DNA from: an uncultured Chloroflexia bacterium
GTDB lineage: Bacteria; Chloroflexota; Limnocylindria; Limnocylindrales; CSP1-4
Assembly: GCA_963752475.1 (NCBI GenBank)
Contig: CAVVYR010000008.1
Span: 416,001-480,000, forward strand
Direction of reading: 5' to 3'
Length of the DNA stretch: 64,000 bases
This document shows positions 38,461 to 47,639 of the stretch, in pieces. The position numbers and the translations under genes were made by a program. Position 1 is the first letter of the stretch, and every line of letters begins with the position of its first letter. The notes below the pieces were generated by a model, which was not told where the DNA came from, made no database searches, and saw nothing but the letters and a program-made list of their open reading frames with translations.

Positions 38461-41070
38461 CTACTTGTGGTGGATGGCGCTGCCACCGCCGGCACCGCCG
38501 GAGGCGTCCCTGGCGCCGTTGGTAGATCCATTCGTCCCGTTCACGCCGTCCCCGGCGAGGCCTTGCGGCAGCATGGGCAGCAGCCGCTCGTGCGGGATGT
38601 CGCGGCCGTCGGCCTGGGCTCGGCTGAGCCAGTCACGCTCGCGTCGGATGTAGCTGATCTCCGAGTCGAACTCCATCGCGGCCATGGCGATGAGGTCGAT
38701 CATCGGTTCTTCTCGCGACTCGTGCGCGAGCTCGAAGTCGGGACCGCAGCGGAGCGCGTCGTAAGGACATGCATCGACACAGATGCCGCACAGGATGCAG
38801 CGGGACTCATCCACCTCGTACTTCTCCAGCACGCGCGGCTTGGGCATGAGCGCGCCCGTCGGGCACGTCTCGGCGCAGCGGCCGCAGGAGACGCATGGCG
38901 TGGTGTTGAGGCTCATGTCCAGCGGCGTCGTCACGAGCGTGTCGAAGCCGGTGCGCATGAAGTCGTAGCAGGCTGCTCCCACGACCTCGCGGCAGACGTT
39001 GGCGCAACGGCCGCAGTCGATGCAGCGCGAGGGCTCGCGCAGGATGAAGGCGTGGCTGTCGTCGCGGATGTAGTCGTGGTTGAGGCCGGTGAAGCGGTTC
39101 TCGCTGACGCTGCGGAAGGAGAGGCCGGTGCGCTTGGGCTCGAGGGTCTGCAGGGTGGTGCCGTACTCGATGCCCTGGCGGCGCAGGTCACAGTACCCGA
39201 TGGCCTCGCAGGTGCACTGCAGGCAGCGGGCCGACTCGGACATGGCCTCTTCCGCCGTGTAGGGGATCTCGTACTCGATGTAGGAGTCGTTGCGCTCCTC
39301 GGGCGCCATCGACTTCAGCCGGATGCGCGGCTCCTTGACCTCGCCGGTGTAGGGCACGATCGACAGGAACTCCGGCTGCGGCTCGGCCAGGACCTGGCGC
39401 GTGCGGATCTCCTCGAGGTCCTGGCCCTGCAGGTAGGCGTCGATGGCGTAGCTCGCCCGGCGACCCTCAGCGATGGCCTCCACGACCGTGGCGGCGCCGG
39501 TGCGCACGTCGCCGGCACCGAAGACGCCCGCCCGCCCGGTGCCGAAGGTGACCGCGTCGGCGTCCAGCCGCCAGCGCTTGGTCTTCTCGATGCCCTCCGC
39601 GCCGGTCTCGAGCCAGTCCAGCTGGGGGCCCTGGCCGATGGCCAACAGCACGCGATCGCAGTCGATGATGAACTCGGTGCCCTCGACCGGCTGCGGGCGT
39701 CGGCGGCCAGAGGCGTCCGGCTCGCCCAGCGCCATGCGCTGGAACTCCACGCCGGTGACCTTGTCGTTCTCGTCGGTCACCACCCGGGTGGGCGAGGCTT
39801 GGAAGATCGCGCGCGCACCCTCCTCCAGCATCTCGTGGACCTCGTCCGCGGCGGGCATGTCCTTCATGTCGCGGCGGTAGACGAGGGTGGTCTCGGTGCA
39901 GCCCTGGCGGACCGAGGTGCGCGAGCAGTCCATGGAGGTGAAGCCGCCGCCGATGACCACGACGCGCTTGCCCTTGTGGTCGGGATAGGGCAGGCCCAGC
40001 GTGGCCACGCGCAGGTACTCCAGGCCGTCGATGACGCCGTCGGCGTCCTCGCCGGGGATACCCAGCTTGTTCGTGTCGTAGCAGCCGATGGCTACGAGCA
40101 CCGCGTCGTAGCCCTGGTTCTGCAGGTCGTCGATGGTGAAGTCCTCGCCCAGGGCCACGCCCGTGACGAGCTTGGCGCCGAGGTCCCACACCGCCTGGTA
40201 CTCGGCTGCCAGGATGCGCTCCTTGGGCAGGCGGTACTCGGGGATGCCGTAGCGCAGCATGCCGCCCGCATCGGGATCGCGTTCGTAGACCGTGACCTCG
40301 TGGCCGCTGAGTGAGAGGTAGTAGGCCGCGGACATGCCCGAAGGGCCGGAGCCGATGACGGCCACGCGCTTGCCGGTGGCGGGCTGCTGGTCGAAGGGCA
40401 GAGGTGCCTTGGCGCCGTCAGCCTGGGCCTTGAGCACCTGGTCGCCGGCGTAGCGGTGGCTGTCGCGGATGGCGATGGCCTCTTCCACCTCGTCGCGGCG
40501 GCAGTGGTCCTCGCATGGAGCCGGACAGACACGCCCGAGCACCGAGGGGAATGGGATCGTGCGCTTGAAGACGCGCGCCGACTCGACGAAGTCGCCCTCG
40601 GTGTTGGCCTTCAGGAAGCCCGGGATGTCGATGTGGCTGGGGCACTTGTTCTGGCACGGCGGCAGGCAGTAGGCGTTGTGGTCGCTGAAGATGAGCTCAA
40701 GGTTCGTCTTGCGGATCTCGCGCAGCCTCGGGGTCTGGGTCTGCACGACCATGCCCTCCTCGGCCTCACGCGAGCAGGAGATCGGCGGCGTGTCCTCGCC
40801 CTCGACCTCGACCACGCACATGCGGCAGGCTCCGAAGCCGGGCAGCTTGGGCTCGTAGCAGAGCGTGGGCACCTCGATGCCGGCATCGCGGCAGACGTCG
40901 AGGATGGTCTGGCCCTCGCGGGCCTGCAACGTGCGGCCGTCGATCTCGAGCTCGAAGGCAGCAGAGGATTGCCTTCGCTGCGGCGACTGGGTCGTGAGCA
41001 GGCGCTCAGCGGCCTCGTCGGGCGACGGGTCGGACGGCTGGTGGATGATCTCGGGGAGCGTGTCGGTCAT
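38461..41070 (-). CDS. Fusion: NuoG-like N-terminal Fe-S region + GltD-like FAD/NAD(P)H oxidoreductase + C-terminal half of NuoI
   Basis: PTLC..GACRMC..SC (2Fe-2S); PPCQNKCP, GRVCPAPCEDHC; GSGPSG, GGGFTSMD, YRR; CIDCGRC..C, CVSCGRC..CP; YEVDESRCILCGICVDACP..GPDFELA. Confidence 0.85.
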   Translation of the reverse strand: MTDTLPEIIHQPSDPSPDEAAERLLTTQSPQRRQSSAAFELEIDGRTLQAREGQTILDVCRDAGIEVPTLCYEPKLPGFGACRMCVVEVEGEDTPPISCSREAEEGMVVQTQTPRLREIRKTNLELIFSDHNAYCLPPCQNKCPSHIDIPGFLKANTEGDFVESARVFKRTIPFPSVLGRVCPAPCEDHCRRDEVEEAIAIRDSHRYAGDQVLKAQADGAKAPLPFDQQPATGKRVAVIGSGPSGMSAAYYLSLSGHEVTVYERDPDAGGMLRYGIPEYRLPKERILAAEYQAVWDLGAKLVTGVALGEDFTIDDLQNQGYDAVLVAIGCYDTNKLGIPGEDADGVIDGLEYLRVATLGLPYPDHKGKRVVVIGGGFTSMDCSRTSVRQGCTETTLVYRRDMKDMPAADEVHEMLEEGARAIFQASPTRVVTDENDKVTGVEFQRMALGEPDASGRRRPQPVEGTEFIIDCDRVLLAIGQGPQLDWLETGAEGIEKTKRWRLDADAVTFGTGRAGVFGAGDVRTGAATVVEAIAEGRRASYAIDAYLQGQDLEEIRTRQVLAEPQPEFLSIVPYTGEVKEPRIRLKSMAPEERNDSYIEYEIPYTAEEAMSESARCLQCTCEAIGYCDLRRQGIEYGTTLQTLEPKRTGLSFRSVSENRFTGLNHDYIRDDSHAFILREPSRCIDCGRCANVCREVVGAACYDFMRTGFDTLVTTPLDMSLNTTPCVSCGRCAETCPTGALMPKPRVLEKYEVDESRCILCGICVDACPYDALRCGPDFELAHESREEPMIDLIAMAAMEFDSEISYIRRERDWLSRAQADGRDIPHERLLPMLPQGLAGDGVNGTNGSTNGARDASGGAGGGSAIHHK

Positions 41071-42389
41071 GAAGCCACGGCACCAACTGTGCGGGAGGGT
41101 TGGCAGACACCGGCGGGACATTCACCGCGCTCGGCGTGGGCATCTAGTTCAGGCGCGAAGTATCGCATCACCGACAGCAGTGGGTTGCCGGCGTCGGCTT
41201 CGAGCCCGGAGAGGGCCGCGGCACGCATGTCGGCCGCGAGCGCGCGCATCAGCTCCTGGTCGCTGGGCCGAGTGTGGCCGCTGCAGAGGGCCGCGCCCAG
41301 TTCCGCGAGGCGGCGGATGCCGATGCGATCGGGGATGGTCTTGCCGCTGGCGTTGTCGCTCAGGAAGCGAGTCATGAGTGTGGCCAGGTCGACGAGACAG
41401 ACCTTGTCATCGAGGGCCATGAGCGTGCTCGAGCCGCCCAGTGCGCCAGCCTCGCGCAGGGCCTCGTAGCGCAGCGGGGTGTGGAGCGCGCCCGGCGGCA
41501 GGAAGCCGCCGGTGGGACCGCCCACGAGCACGGCCTTGAGGTTGCCCTTGGTACCGCCGCCGGGGCCGTCCACGATCTCCTTCAGCGTGGCGCCGAAGGG
41601 GACCTCGGCGATACCCGGCCGCTTCACGGAGCCACCCAGCTGCAGCAGCGTGGTTCCCGGGCTTTCCGCGTCAACCAGCGAGCTGAAGGCGCCGGCGCCG
41701 TTGGCCACGATCCAGGGCACGGCCGCGAGGGTCTTGACGTTGTTGATGACGGTGGGCTTGCCCCACAGGCCCTTGCGCGACGGGAACGGCGGCCGCTGAT
41801 CGGGCTGCGCGCGCTGGCCCTCCAACGCTCGCAGCAGCACGGTCTCCTCGCCGACCATGAAGCTGCCCGTCAGCTCGCGCACCTCGACCTCGAGGCTGGG
41901 CCCGTCGGCAGAGCGGCCGATGTAGCCGGCTGCAACGGCCTCGTCGATGGCCGCGTCGAGGCGCTCGGCCGCGACGGGTGCCGACGATGAGACGGCGATG
42001 GTGGCCTGCTCGGCACCGACGGCCCAGGCTGCGATGGCCACGCCCTCGACGACGAGGTGCGGGTCCCGCTCCATGAGCACGCGGTCAAGCTGGGCACCCG
42101 GGTCGGCCTCGAAGCCGTTGGCCACGACGTAACGCACCGGGTCGGGCTGCGAGACGCAGTCGCGCCACTTGGCGCCTGTCGGATATCCGGCTCCGCCCAG
42201 GCCGCGCAGGCCGGATTCGGTGATGGTGTGGACGACGGCCTCGGGCGAGAGCTGCTCCGTCGCGCGCTTCCAGGCACTCCAGGCTCCGCCGGCCTCGGCC
42301 ATGGCCAGGTCCTCGACCTCTCCGTCGGCGGCTCGCGCGGTCAGTACCTGCGGCCAGTCCTTGGCTCCCTGCAGGATGGGCAGGCTCAT
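41067..42389 (-). CDS. NuoF/HydB-like protein lacking the N3 cluster cysteines
   Basis: SGLRGLGGAGYPTG.KW, EADPG, GEET, GLWGKPTVINNV, GGPTGG; ASGKTIPDR in place of SCGxCxPCR. Confidence 0.88.
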   Translation of the reverse strand: MSLPILQGAKDWPQVLTARAADGEVEDLAMAEAGGAWSAWKRATEQLSPEAVVHTITESGLRGLGGAGYPTGAKWRDCVSQPDPVRYVVANGFEADPGAQLDRVLMERDPHLVVEGVAIAAWAVGAEQATIAVSSSAPVAAERLDAAIDEAVAAGYIGRSADGPSLEVEVRELTGSFMVGEETVLLRALEGQRAQPDQRPPFPSRKGLWGKPTVINNVKTLAAVPWIVANGAGAFSSLVDAESPGTTLLQLGGSVKRPGIAEVPFGATLKEIVDGPGGGTKGNLKAVLVGGPTGGFLPPGALHTPLRYEALREAGALGGSSTLMALDDKVCLVDLATLMTRFLSDNASGKTIPDRIGIRRLAELGAALCSGHTRPSDQELMRALAADMRAAALSGLEADAGNPLLSVMRYFAPELDAHAERGECPAGVCQPSRTVGAVAS

Positions 42390-43225
42390 GCCGCCTCCCC
42401 CTGGGGCACGTTGGCGCGCAGGGCCGCGGCGATCGTGGCCGCGTCATCCGGGCTCGACTTGGGCAGCGGTTCGCCGTCGACCTCCACGTAGGCGCTGTCC
42501 TGGGATGCGCCGCCGCACGAGGTGGTGGCGAGGCGCACGGCACCGTCGGGGCTCACGCCACCGATATCGGTGGCGAGGTGCTCGCGGAAGGCCGCCAGTA
42601 CGCGGCCGCCGCCCAGCAGCGTGCAGTTCGTGCAGCGGCAGACGCGGACCACATGGCCCACGGGCTGCTCGAAGTGGAGGTGCGGGTACGACGTGGCCAT
42701 GCCGTACAGCGAGGCGTAGTCGGCGCCGGTCTGGTGGGCGATGTGCTGCAGCGCGGCCACCGGCAGGTGGCCGTAGGCGCCCTGCACCTGCTCGAGCATC
42801 GGCAGCGCGTTGCTCGGCTTGTAGGCACCGGCGCTGAGGATCTCGTCGACGGGGCCCAGGTCGATGGTCTCGAAGGGGTCGAAGGTGCGATCGGGGACCG
42901 GCCGGCCGGAGCGGCGCAGGGCCGACTCCTCACGGCGCTCGGCGTACTGCTCGGAGGCGCCCCAGTGCACGTGGTACCGGTCGCGCGTGTCCACGCCACC
43001 CATATCGATGCACTCGATGGGACAGGCCTGCGCGCACTGGAAGCAGGTCTCGCACTTGAGCGTGCCGGCCTCGTCGTAGACCAGGATCAGCCGACCGCGG
43101 TGCTTCGGGCTGATGGGGTTCTGCTCTTCGGGGTAGCGCACCGTCAGGTTGGGGCGGAAGACCTGCTTGATGGAGAAGGCCATGCCCTTGATGATGGCCA
43201 GGCCGGGGATGCGGTCGGTCCTCAC
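42386..43225 (-). CDS. Fusion: N-terminal half of NuoI + NuoE-like domain
   Basis: TVRYPEE..HRG, CETCFQCAQACP (one motif only), then L..VQ..YGHLP, ATSY, CRCTNC, CGGAS; GTG overlaps the nuoH stop; AAGGAG RBS. Confidence 0.85.
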   Translation of the reverse strand: MRTDRIPGLAIIKGMAFSIKQVFRPNLTVRYPEEQNPISPKHRGRLILVYDEAGTLKCETCFQCAQACPIECIDMGGVDTRDRYHVHWGASEQYAERREESALRRSGRPVPDRTFDPFETIDLGPVDEILSAGAYKPSNALPMLEQVQGAYGHLPVAALQHIAHQTGADYASLYGMATSYPHLHFEQPVGHVVRVCRCTNCTLLGGGRVLAAFREHLATDIGGVSPDGAVRLATTSCGGASQDSAYVEVDGEPLPKSSPDDAATIAAALRANVPQGEAA

Positions 43226-44619
43226 GACAGGTACTCCTTGACCACGATGATGGCGCCGGCGGTGACCATCAGGTTCAGCAGTGCGGCCGGCATCAGCCAC
43301 TTCCAGGCGAAGTTCATCATCTGGTCGATGCGCACGCGGGGGTAGGTGGCGCGCATGAGCACGAACAGCGCGACCAGCGCGAAGGACTTGCCGAAGAAGA
43401 CGAGGATGCCGAGCAGAGCCTCGAAGCTGAAGAGCGCCCAGGTGGTGATGCCGCCCATGACGATGAGGTTGGCCAGGACGAAGCCGACGACGAGCGACTT
43501 GATCGCGCCCCAGTCGGACTTGAGCATCCAGATGAGGCCGCCCAGCGCCAGCCACAGCACGGCCGGGATAAGGAGCGGGACGGCCAGCAGCCACGGACCG
43601 AGCTGACCCGGATCGACGTCGCTGAGCACGACCGGCGTGGCGACCCCGAAGAACTCGAGGATGGGGTCGATATGGATGCCGTGGTGGTAGCCGCCCAGGA
43701 AGAGCGTGACCGTCAGGGCCGAGAGGATGAAGACGTTGACGTACTCGGCGAAGAAGAAGAAGCCGAAGCGCATGCCGCTGTATTCGGTGGCGAAGCCGGC
43801 CACGAGCTCGGAGTCGGCCTCCGTGTAGTCGAAGGGTGTGCGGCCCGCTTCAGCGGTGGCGGCGATGAAGAAGATGATCAGCGCGAGGGGCTGCTGGAAG
43901 GCGTACCAGTTGACGAACCAGCCGCCCTGGTTCTCGACGATGGTGCCAAGGTTGAGCGTGCCCGCGAGCAGGACCACGCCGAAGGCGCCAAGGATGAGCG
44001 GCAGCTCGTAGCTGACGACCGCGGCTGCGGCTCGGATACCGCCGAGCAGCGAGTACTTGTTGTAGCTCGAGAGGCCGGCCATCATCAGGCCGACCACGCC
44101 GATGCCCGAAGCGGCGAAGAAGTAGAGCAGCCCCAGCTCCATGTAGTAGCCGGCCATGCCCGGCGCGAAGGGGATGACCATCAGCGTCATGACCGACGCG
44201 AGGAAGGTCACCGCTGGTGCGAGCGTGAAGACCGGCACGTCCACGCCGCGCGGGGTGTAGTCCTCCTTCGAGAGCACCTTGAGGCCGGCCATCAGCGAGG
44301 CCAGCGCGCCCCACGGGCCAGTGCGGTCGGGACCGACGCGCAAGTTCATCTGCGCGATGATCTTGAGCTCCATGTAGATGATCACGAAGGCCGCCGGCAC
44401 CGTGAAGAGCAGGACGCCGGTGGCCGCAGCGAAGAAGCGCAGGATCTCGATGTTGGCCTCGCCGGCGTCGACGATCCACTCCACGGCTGAGGGGCCGAGG
44501 CCGGTGACCCAGAGCAGGAAGAAGCCGATCGCGCCTGCCAGCACCAGGGCCAGCAGGGCAAGGACGATCTTGCCCAAGGTGGTCACGCCCGCGGGTGCCG
44601 GGCTGGCGGTGGCGCTCAC
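43222..44619 (-). CDS. nuoH: Complex I subunit H (extended)
   Basis: RVGPD, SYNKYSLLGG.R, SYE, RTPFD..EADSELVAGF.TEYSG, PRVRIDQ. Confidence 0.95.
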   Translation of the reverse strand: MSATASPAPAGVTTLGKIVLALLALVLAGAIGFFLLWVTGLGPSAVEWIVDAGEANIEILRFFAAATGVLLFTVPAAFVIIYMELKIIAQMNLRVGPDRTGPWGALASLMAGLKVLSKEDYTPRGVDVPVFTLAPAVTFLASVMTLMVIPFAPGMAGYYMELGLLYFFAASGIGVVGLMMAGLSSYNKYSLLGGIRAAAAVVSYELPLILGAFGVVLLAGTLNLGTIVENQGGWFVNWYAFQQPLALIIFFIAATAEAGRTPFDYTEADSELVAGFATEYSGMRFGFFFFAEYVNVFILSALTVTLFLGGYHHGIHIDPILEFFGVATPVVLSDVDPGQLGPWLLAVPLLIPAVLWLALGGLIWMLKSDWGAIKSLVVGFVLANLIVMGGITTWALFSFEALLGILVFFGKSFALVALFVLMRATYPRVRIDQMMNFAWKWLMPAALLNLMVTAGAIIVVKEYLS

Positions 44620-45839
44620 TTGTCGATCCCGCCCATGATCGGGTCAAGGCTGGCCATGATGGCCATGATGTCGGCGAGAACGTGACCCTTGGAGAGCGGG
44701 CCCACGGCCTGCAGGTTGAAGAACGAGGGATCGTGGATGCGGAAGCGGAACGGCTGGTCGGAGCCGTCGCTGACCGCGTAGGCGGCATATTGGCCGCGGG
44801 GTGACTCGAGCGCTGCGAAAGCACGGTTCGGCGGGATGCGCAGCAGGCGCGGCAGCTTGGCCATCACCGGCCCGTCGGGCATCTCGTGGAGCACCTGGTC
44901 GATGATGCGGATCGACTGCTTGATCTCGTCGATGTGCAGCAGGTAGCGCGCATAGGAGTCGCCATCGTTGCGCGTGGGGATATCGAACTCGAGCTCGGGA
45001 TAGACGCTGTACGGATGCGCGCGGCGGACGTCGTAGGGCACGCCCGAGGCTCGCAGGGGCGGGCCGGTCATGTTGTAGCGCAGGGCCATCTCGCGGTCGA
45101 CCACGCCGAGCCCCTTCGTGCGGTTCACGAAGATCTCGTTCTCGTTCATGAGCGTGGCCTGATCGTCGATGCGTGCGGCAGCGTGCCCCATCCAGTCGCC
45201 GAGGCGGCTGAGGAACTCGTGGTTGAGATCGCCGTTGACACCACCGATGCGCATGTAGTTGAAGAGCAGCTTCTGGCCGGTCAGCGCCGCCAGCATCTCC
45301 ACGATCTCGTCGCGCTCGGCGAAGCCGTAGAGGATGGGCGTGAGGCCGCCCAGGTCCAGCGCCAGCCAGCCGATGAAGGTGGCGTGGCTGCTGATGCGGT
45401 TGAGCTCCCAGGCGAGCACGCGGATGTACTCGGCGCGCCGCGGCACCTCGAGATCGAGCAGGCGCTCGGCGGACAGCACCGGCAGCGACTCACTGAACAT
45501 CGAAGCGATGTACTCGAGCGGGTCGGTGTTGCTGATGGCGTGGTGCCAGTCACCGTGCTCGCAGATCTTCTCCACGCCGCGGTGGAGGTAGCCCAGCACC
45601 GGGTCGATGTCGACGATCCTCTCGCCGTCGATCTTCATGACCACGCGCAACACGCCGTGGGTGGAGGGGTGCTGAGGGCCCAGGTTCAGGAACATCTCGC
45701 CGTCGTCGAGCTGGTAGAACTCGGCCTCGCGCTCGGTACGCGGGGTCAGCGGCGGGATGGCGTCGTAGATGGTGCCCGGCGTCTGGACCATGATCTCGGG
45801 ATCGTCGAGGCTGCGCATCTGCTCGCGGTCGGTGGTCAT
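44616..45839 (-). CDS. nuoD: Complex I subunit D
   Basis: NLGPQHPSTHGVLR, GYLHRGVEK, ESPRG; no NiFe CxxC motifs. Confidence 0.96.
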   Translation of the reverse strand: MTTDREQMRSLDDPEIMVQTPGTIYDAIPPLTPRTEREAEFYQLDDGEMFLNLGPQHPSTHGVLRVVMKIDGERIVDIDPVLGYLHRGVEKICEHGDWHHAISNTDPLEYIASMFSESLPVLSAERLLDLEVPRRAEYIRVLAWELNRISSHATFIGWLALDLGGLTPILYGFAERDEIVEMLAALTGQKLLFNYMRIGGVNGDLNHEFLSRLGDWMGHAAARIDDQATLMNENEIFVNRTKGLGVVDREMALRYNMTGPPLRASGVPYDVRRAHPYSVYPELEFDIPTRNDGDSYARYLLHIDEIKQSIRIIDQVLHEMPDGPVMAKLPRLLRIPPNRAFAALESPRGQYAAYAVSDGSDQPFRFRIHDPSFFNLQAVGPLSKGHVLADIMAIMASLDPIMGGIDK

Positions 45840-46468
45840 GCCGGCTCCTCGCCGCTCTCGACCGCATCGGTCTCGTCGGCCGAGCCTGCGGCCACGGCCA
45901 GCAGCTTGCCATCCGCGCCCAGCCGCGCGCCGGCACCTGCGCTGGTCCGGATCACGGGGTTCTCGCGGTTCTCGGCCGGGGCCACGGGCGTCTCGATGTG
46001 GCGGATGCCCTCGCCCGGAGCACGCGAGGCGTCGTCAGGCATGGCGAAGTCCTTGCGCAGGGGGAAGGCCAGGTAGTCGGGCGGCATGTAGATCCGGCGC
46101 AGGTCGCGGTTGCCCTCGAACTCGATGCCGAACATGTCATAGGCCTCGCGCTCGCCCCACTCGGCACCAGGCCAGAGCTGGGTGACCGAGGGCAGGCGCG
46201 GATCTTCACGCGAGAGGCCGTCGGCGATGACCCGGACCCAGTCCTCCGAGAGCGGGCTCCAGAGGTGGTACACGACCTGCATGGTCACGCCGGTGTCGAC
46301 GCCGCAGATGTCGGCCATCAGCTCGAAACGCAGATCGCCGTCCTCGCGCAGCGTGCGCATGACGGCCGTGAGGTCCGCGGGACGGACGACCAGCTCGATG
46401 GTGTCGCCCATGACCTCCGCAGGCACGACGGTCCGATCAGCGAGGCGATCGTCGATGAGGGCGAGCAT
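45836..46468 (-). CDS. nuoC: Complex I subunit C (start uncertain)
   Basis: VVYHL, EREAYDMFGIEF, FPLRKDF. Confidence 0.93.
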   Translation of the reverse strand: MLALIDDRLADRTVVPAEVMGDTIELVVRPADLTAVMRTLREDGDLRFELMADICGVDTGVTMQVVYHLWSPLSEDWVRVIADGLSREDPRLPSVTQLWPGAEWGEREAYDMFGIEFEGNRDLRRIYMPPDYLAFPLRKDFAMPDDASRAPGEGIRHIETPVAPAENRENPVIRTSAGAGARLGADGKLLAVAAGSADETDAVESGEEPA

Positions 46469-46491
46469 GCGCGTATCCGTGGCGGGCCTCC

Positions 46492-47166
46492 CTAGACGCC
46501 TTCCGGCACGGTGGGGCCGACCTTGCGGTCCTTCCACTGACCGCGGCGTTCGAGCACGAGTTGCTGCAGCTTGAGCATCCCGTAGATGAGGCCCTCCGGC
46601 CGCGGGGGGCAGCCGGGGACGTAGACGTCGACGGGCATGATGCGATCGATGCCCTCGACGGTGGAGTAGGAACGCTTGTAGCGGCCGCCCGAACAGGTGC
46701 AGTCACCCATGGCCACGCACCACTTGGGCTCGGGCATCTGCTCCCACAGGCGGATGAGCGGGTCGGCCATCTTGGTCGTGAGCGTGCCGGCCACGATGAG
46801 CACGTCCGCCTGCCGTGGCGAGGCACGGAAGGGGAACATGTTGAAGCGGTCCATGTCGTTGACCGGGGTGGCCGAGGACATCATCTCCATGGCGCAGCAG
46901 GCCAGGCCGGAAAGGAGCGGCCAGAGGCTGTTCGCGCGGAGGTAGTCGAACAGCAGGTCCGCGGTCGTGGGCACCACGTCGAGTGCGCCCCAGCGGCCGT
47001 TGTCGCCCTTCTCGCCGAACTCCAGTTCCTTGAGGTGATCGACGTGGGCGGCCTGCCCGCCGCTGTAGGCCTCTGGGTCGGCTGGCTTCCAGGTCGTGTT
47101 GGGCAGGACGATCGCACCGCGCTTGTCAGCGGTCGTGGCCTCCTTGCCGGTCTTCTTCACTTCCAC
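46492..47166 (-). CDS. nuoB: Complex I subunit B
   Basis: GLACCAMEM, ASPRQAD, MGDC, VDVYVPGCPPRPE. Confidence 0.96.
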   Translation of the reverse strand: MEVKKTGKEATTADKRGAIVLPNTTWKPADPEAYSGGQAAHVDHLKELEFGEKGDNGRWGALDVVPTTADLLFDYLRANSLWPLLSGLACCAMEMMSSATPVNDMDRFNMFPFRASPRQADVLIVAGTLTTKMADPLIRLWEQMPEPKWCVAMGDCTCSGGRYKRSYSTVEGIDRIMPVDVYVPGCPPRPEGLIYGMLKLQQLVLERRGQWKDRKVGPTVPEGV

Positions 47167-47516
47167 GTCAGCAGGCCCTTCCTGGCGGCATACAGCACCG
47201 AGATCTCCATGATGCCGATGAACAGGAGCATGCCCATGAAGCCGCCGGTCAGCACGTCATCGAAAACGAGCGCCCACAGCGCGATGAAGAGGACTTCGAC
47301 GTCGAAGGCCACGAACAGCAGGGCGTAGAGGTAGAACGAGAGACCGAAGCGACCGCGGGTGTCGCCATAGGTGTCGATGCCCGACTCGTAGGGCAGACCC
47401 TTGTGCTCATCGCCCTTGTGCCGGTGCGAGATGAACCAGGCCAGTCCGATCGTCAGGAAGACGAAACTGAACCCCGCGATCACGAAGCCGAGCACGTACC
47501 AGAGCGGAGCGGTCAA
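47157..47516 (-). CDS. nuoA: Complex I subunit A
   Basis: PYESG, FYLYALLFVAFDVE, KGLLTW. Confidence 0.94.
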   Translation of the reverse strand: MTAPLWYVLGFVIAGFSFVFLTIGLAWFISHRHKGDEHKGLPYESGIDTYGDTRGRFGLSFYLYALLFVAFDVEVLFIALWALVFDDVLTGGFMGMLLFIGIMEISVLYAARKGLLTWK

Positions 47517-47639
47517 TACGGTTCCTCTTGAGCCGTCGTTACAGACAAGGCTCGCAACCCGAAGTGGCGCTTCGGGGAAGACAGCGAGCGCGGGTGGATG
47601 TTACCGCAGCATCGGGGTTCTTCATGTGACACTGCGGCC

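Noticed and set aside
38461-41070. Glutamate synthase, formate dehydrogenase or FeFe-hydrogenase call
   Set aside because: No gltB nearby, no molybdopterin domain and no H-cluster motifs
44616-47166. Group 4 NiFe-hydrogenase interpretation of nuoB/C/D
   Set aside because: The large subunit lacks both CxxC Ni-binding motifs and has the quinone-site HPSTHG
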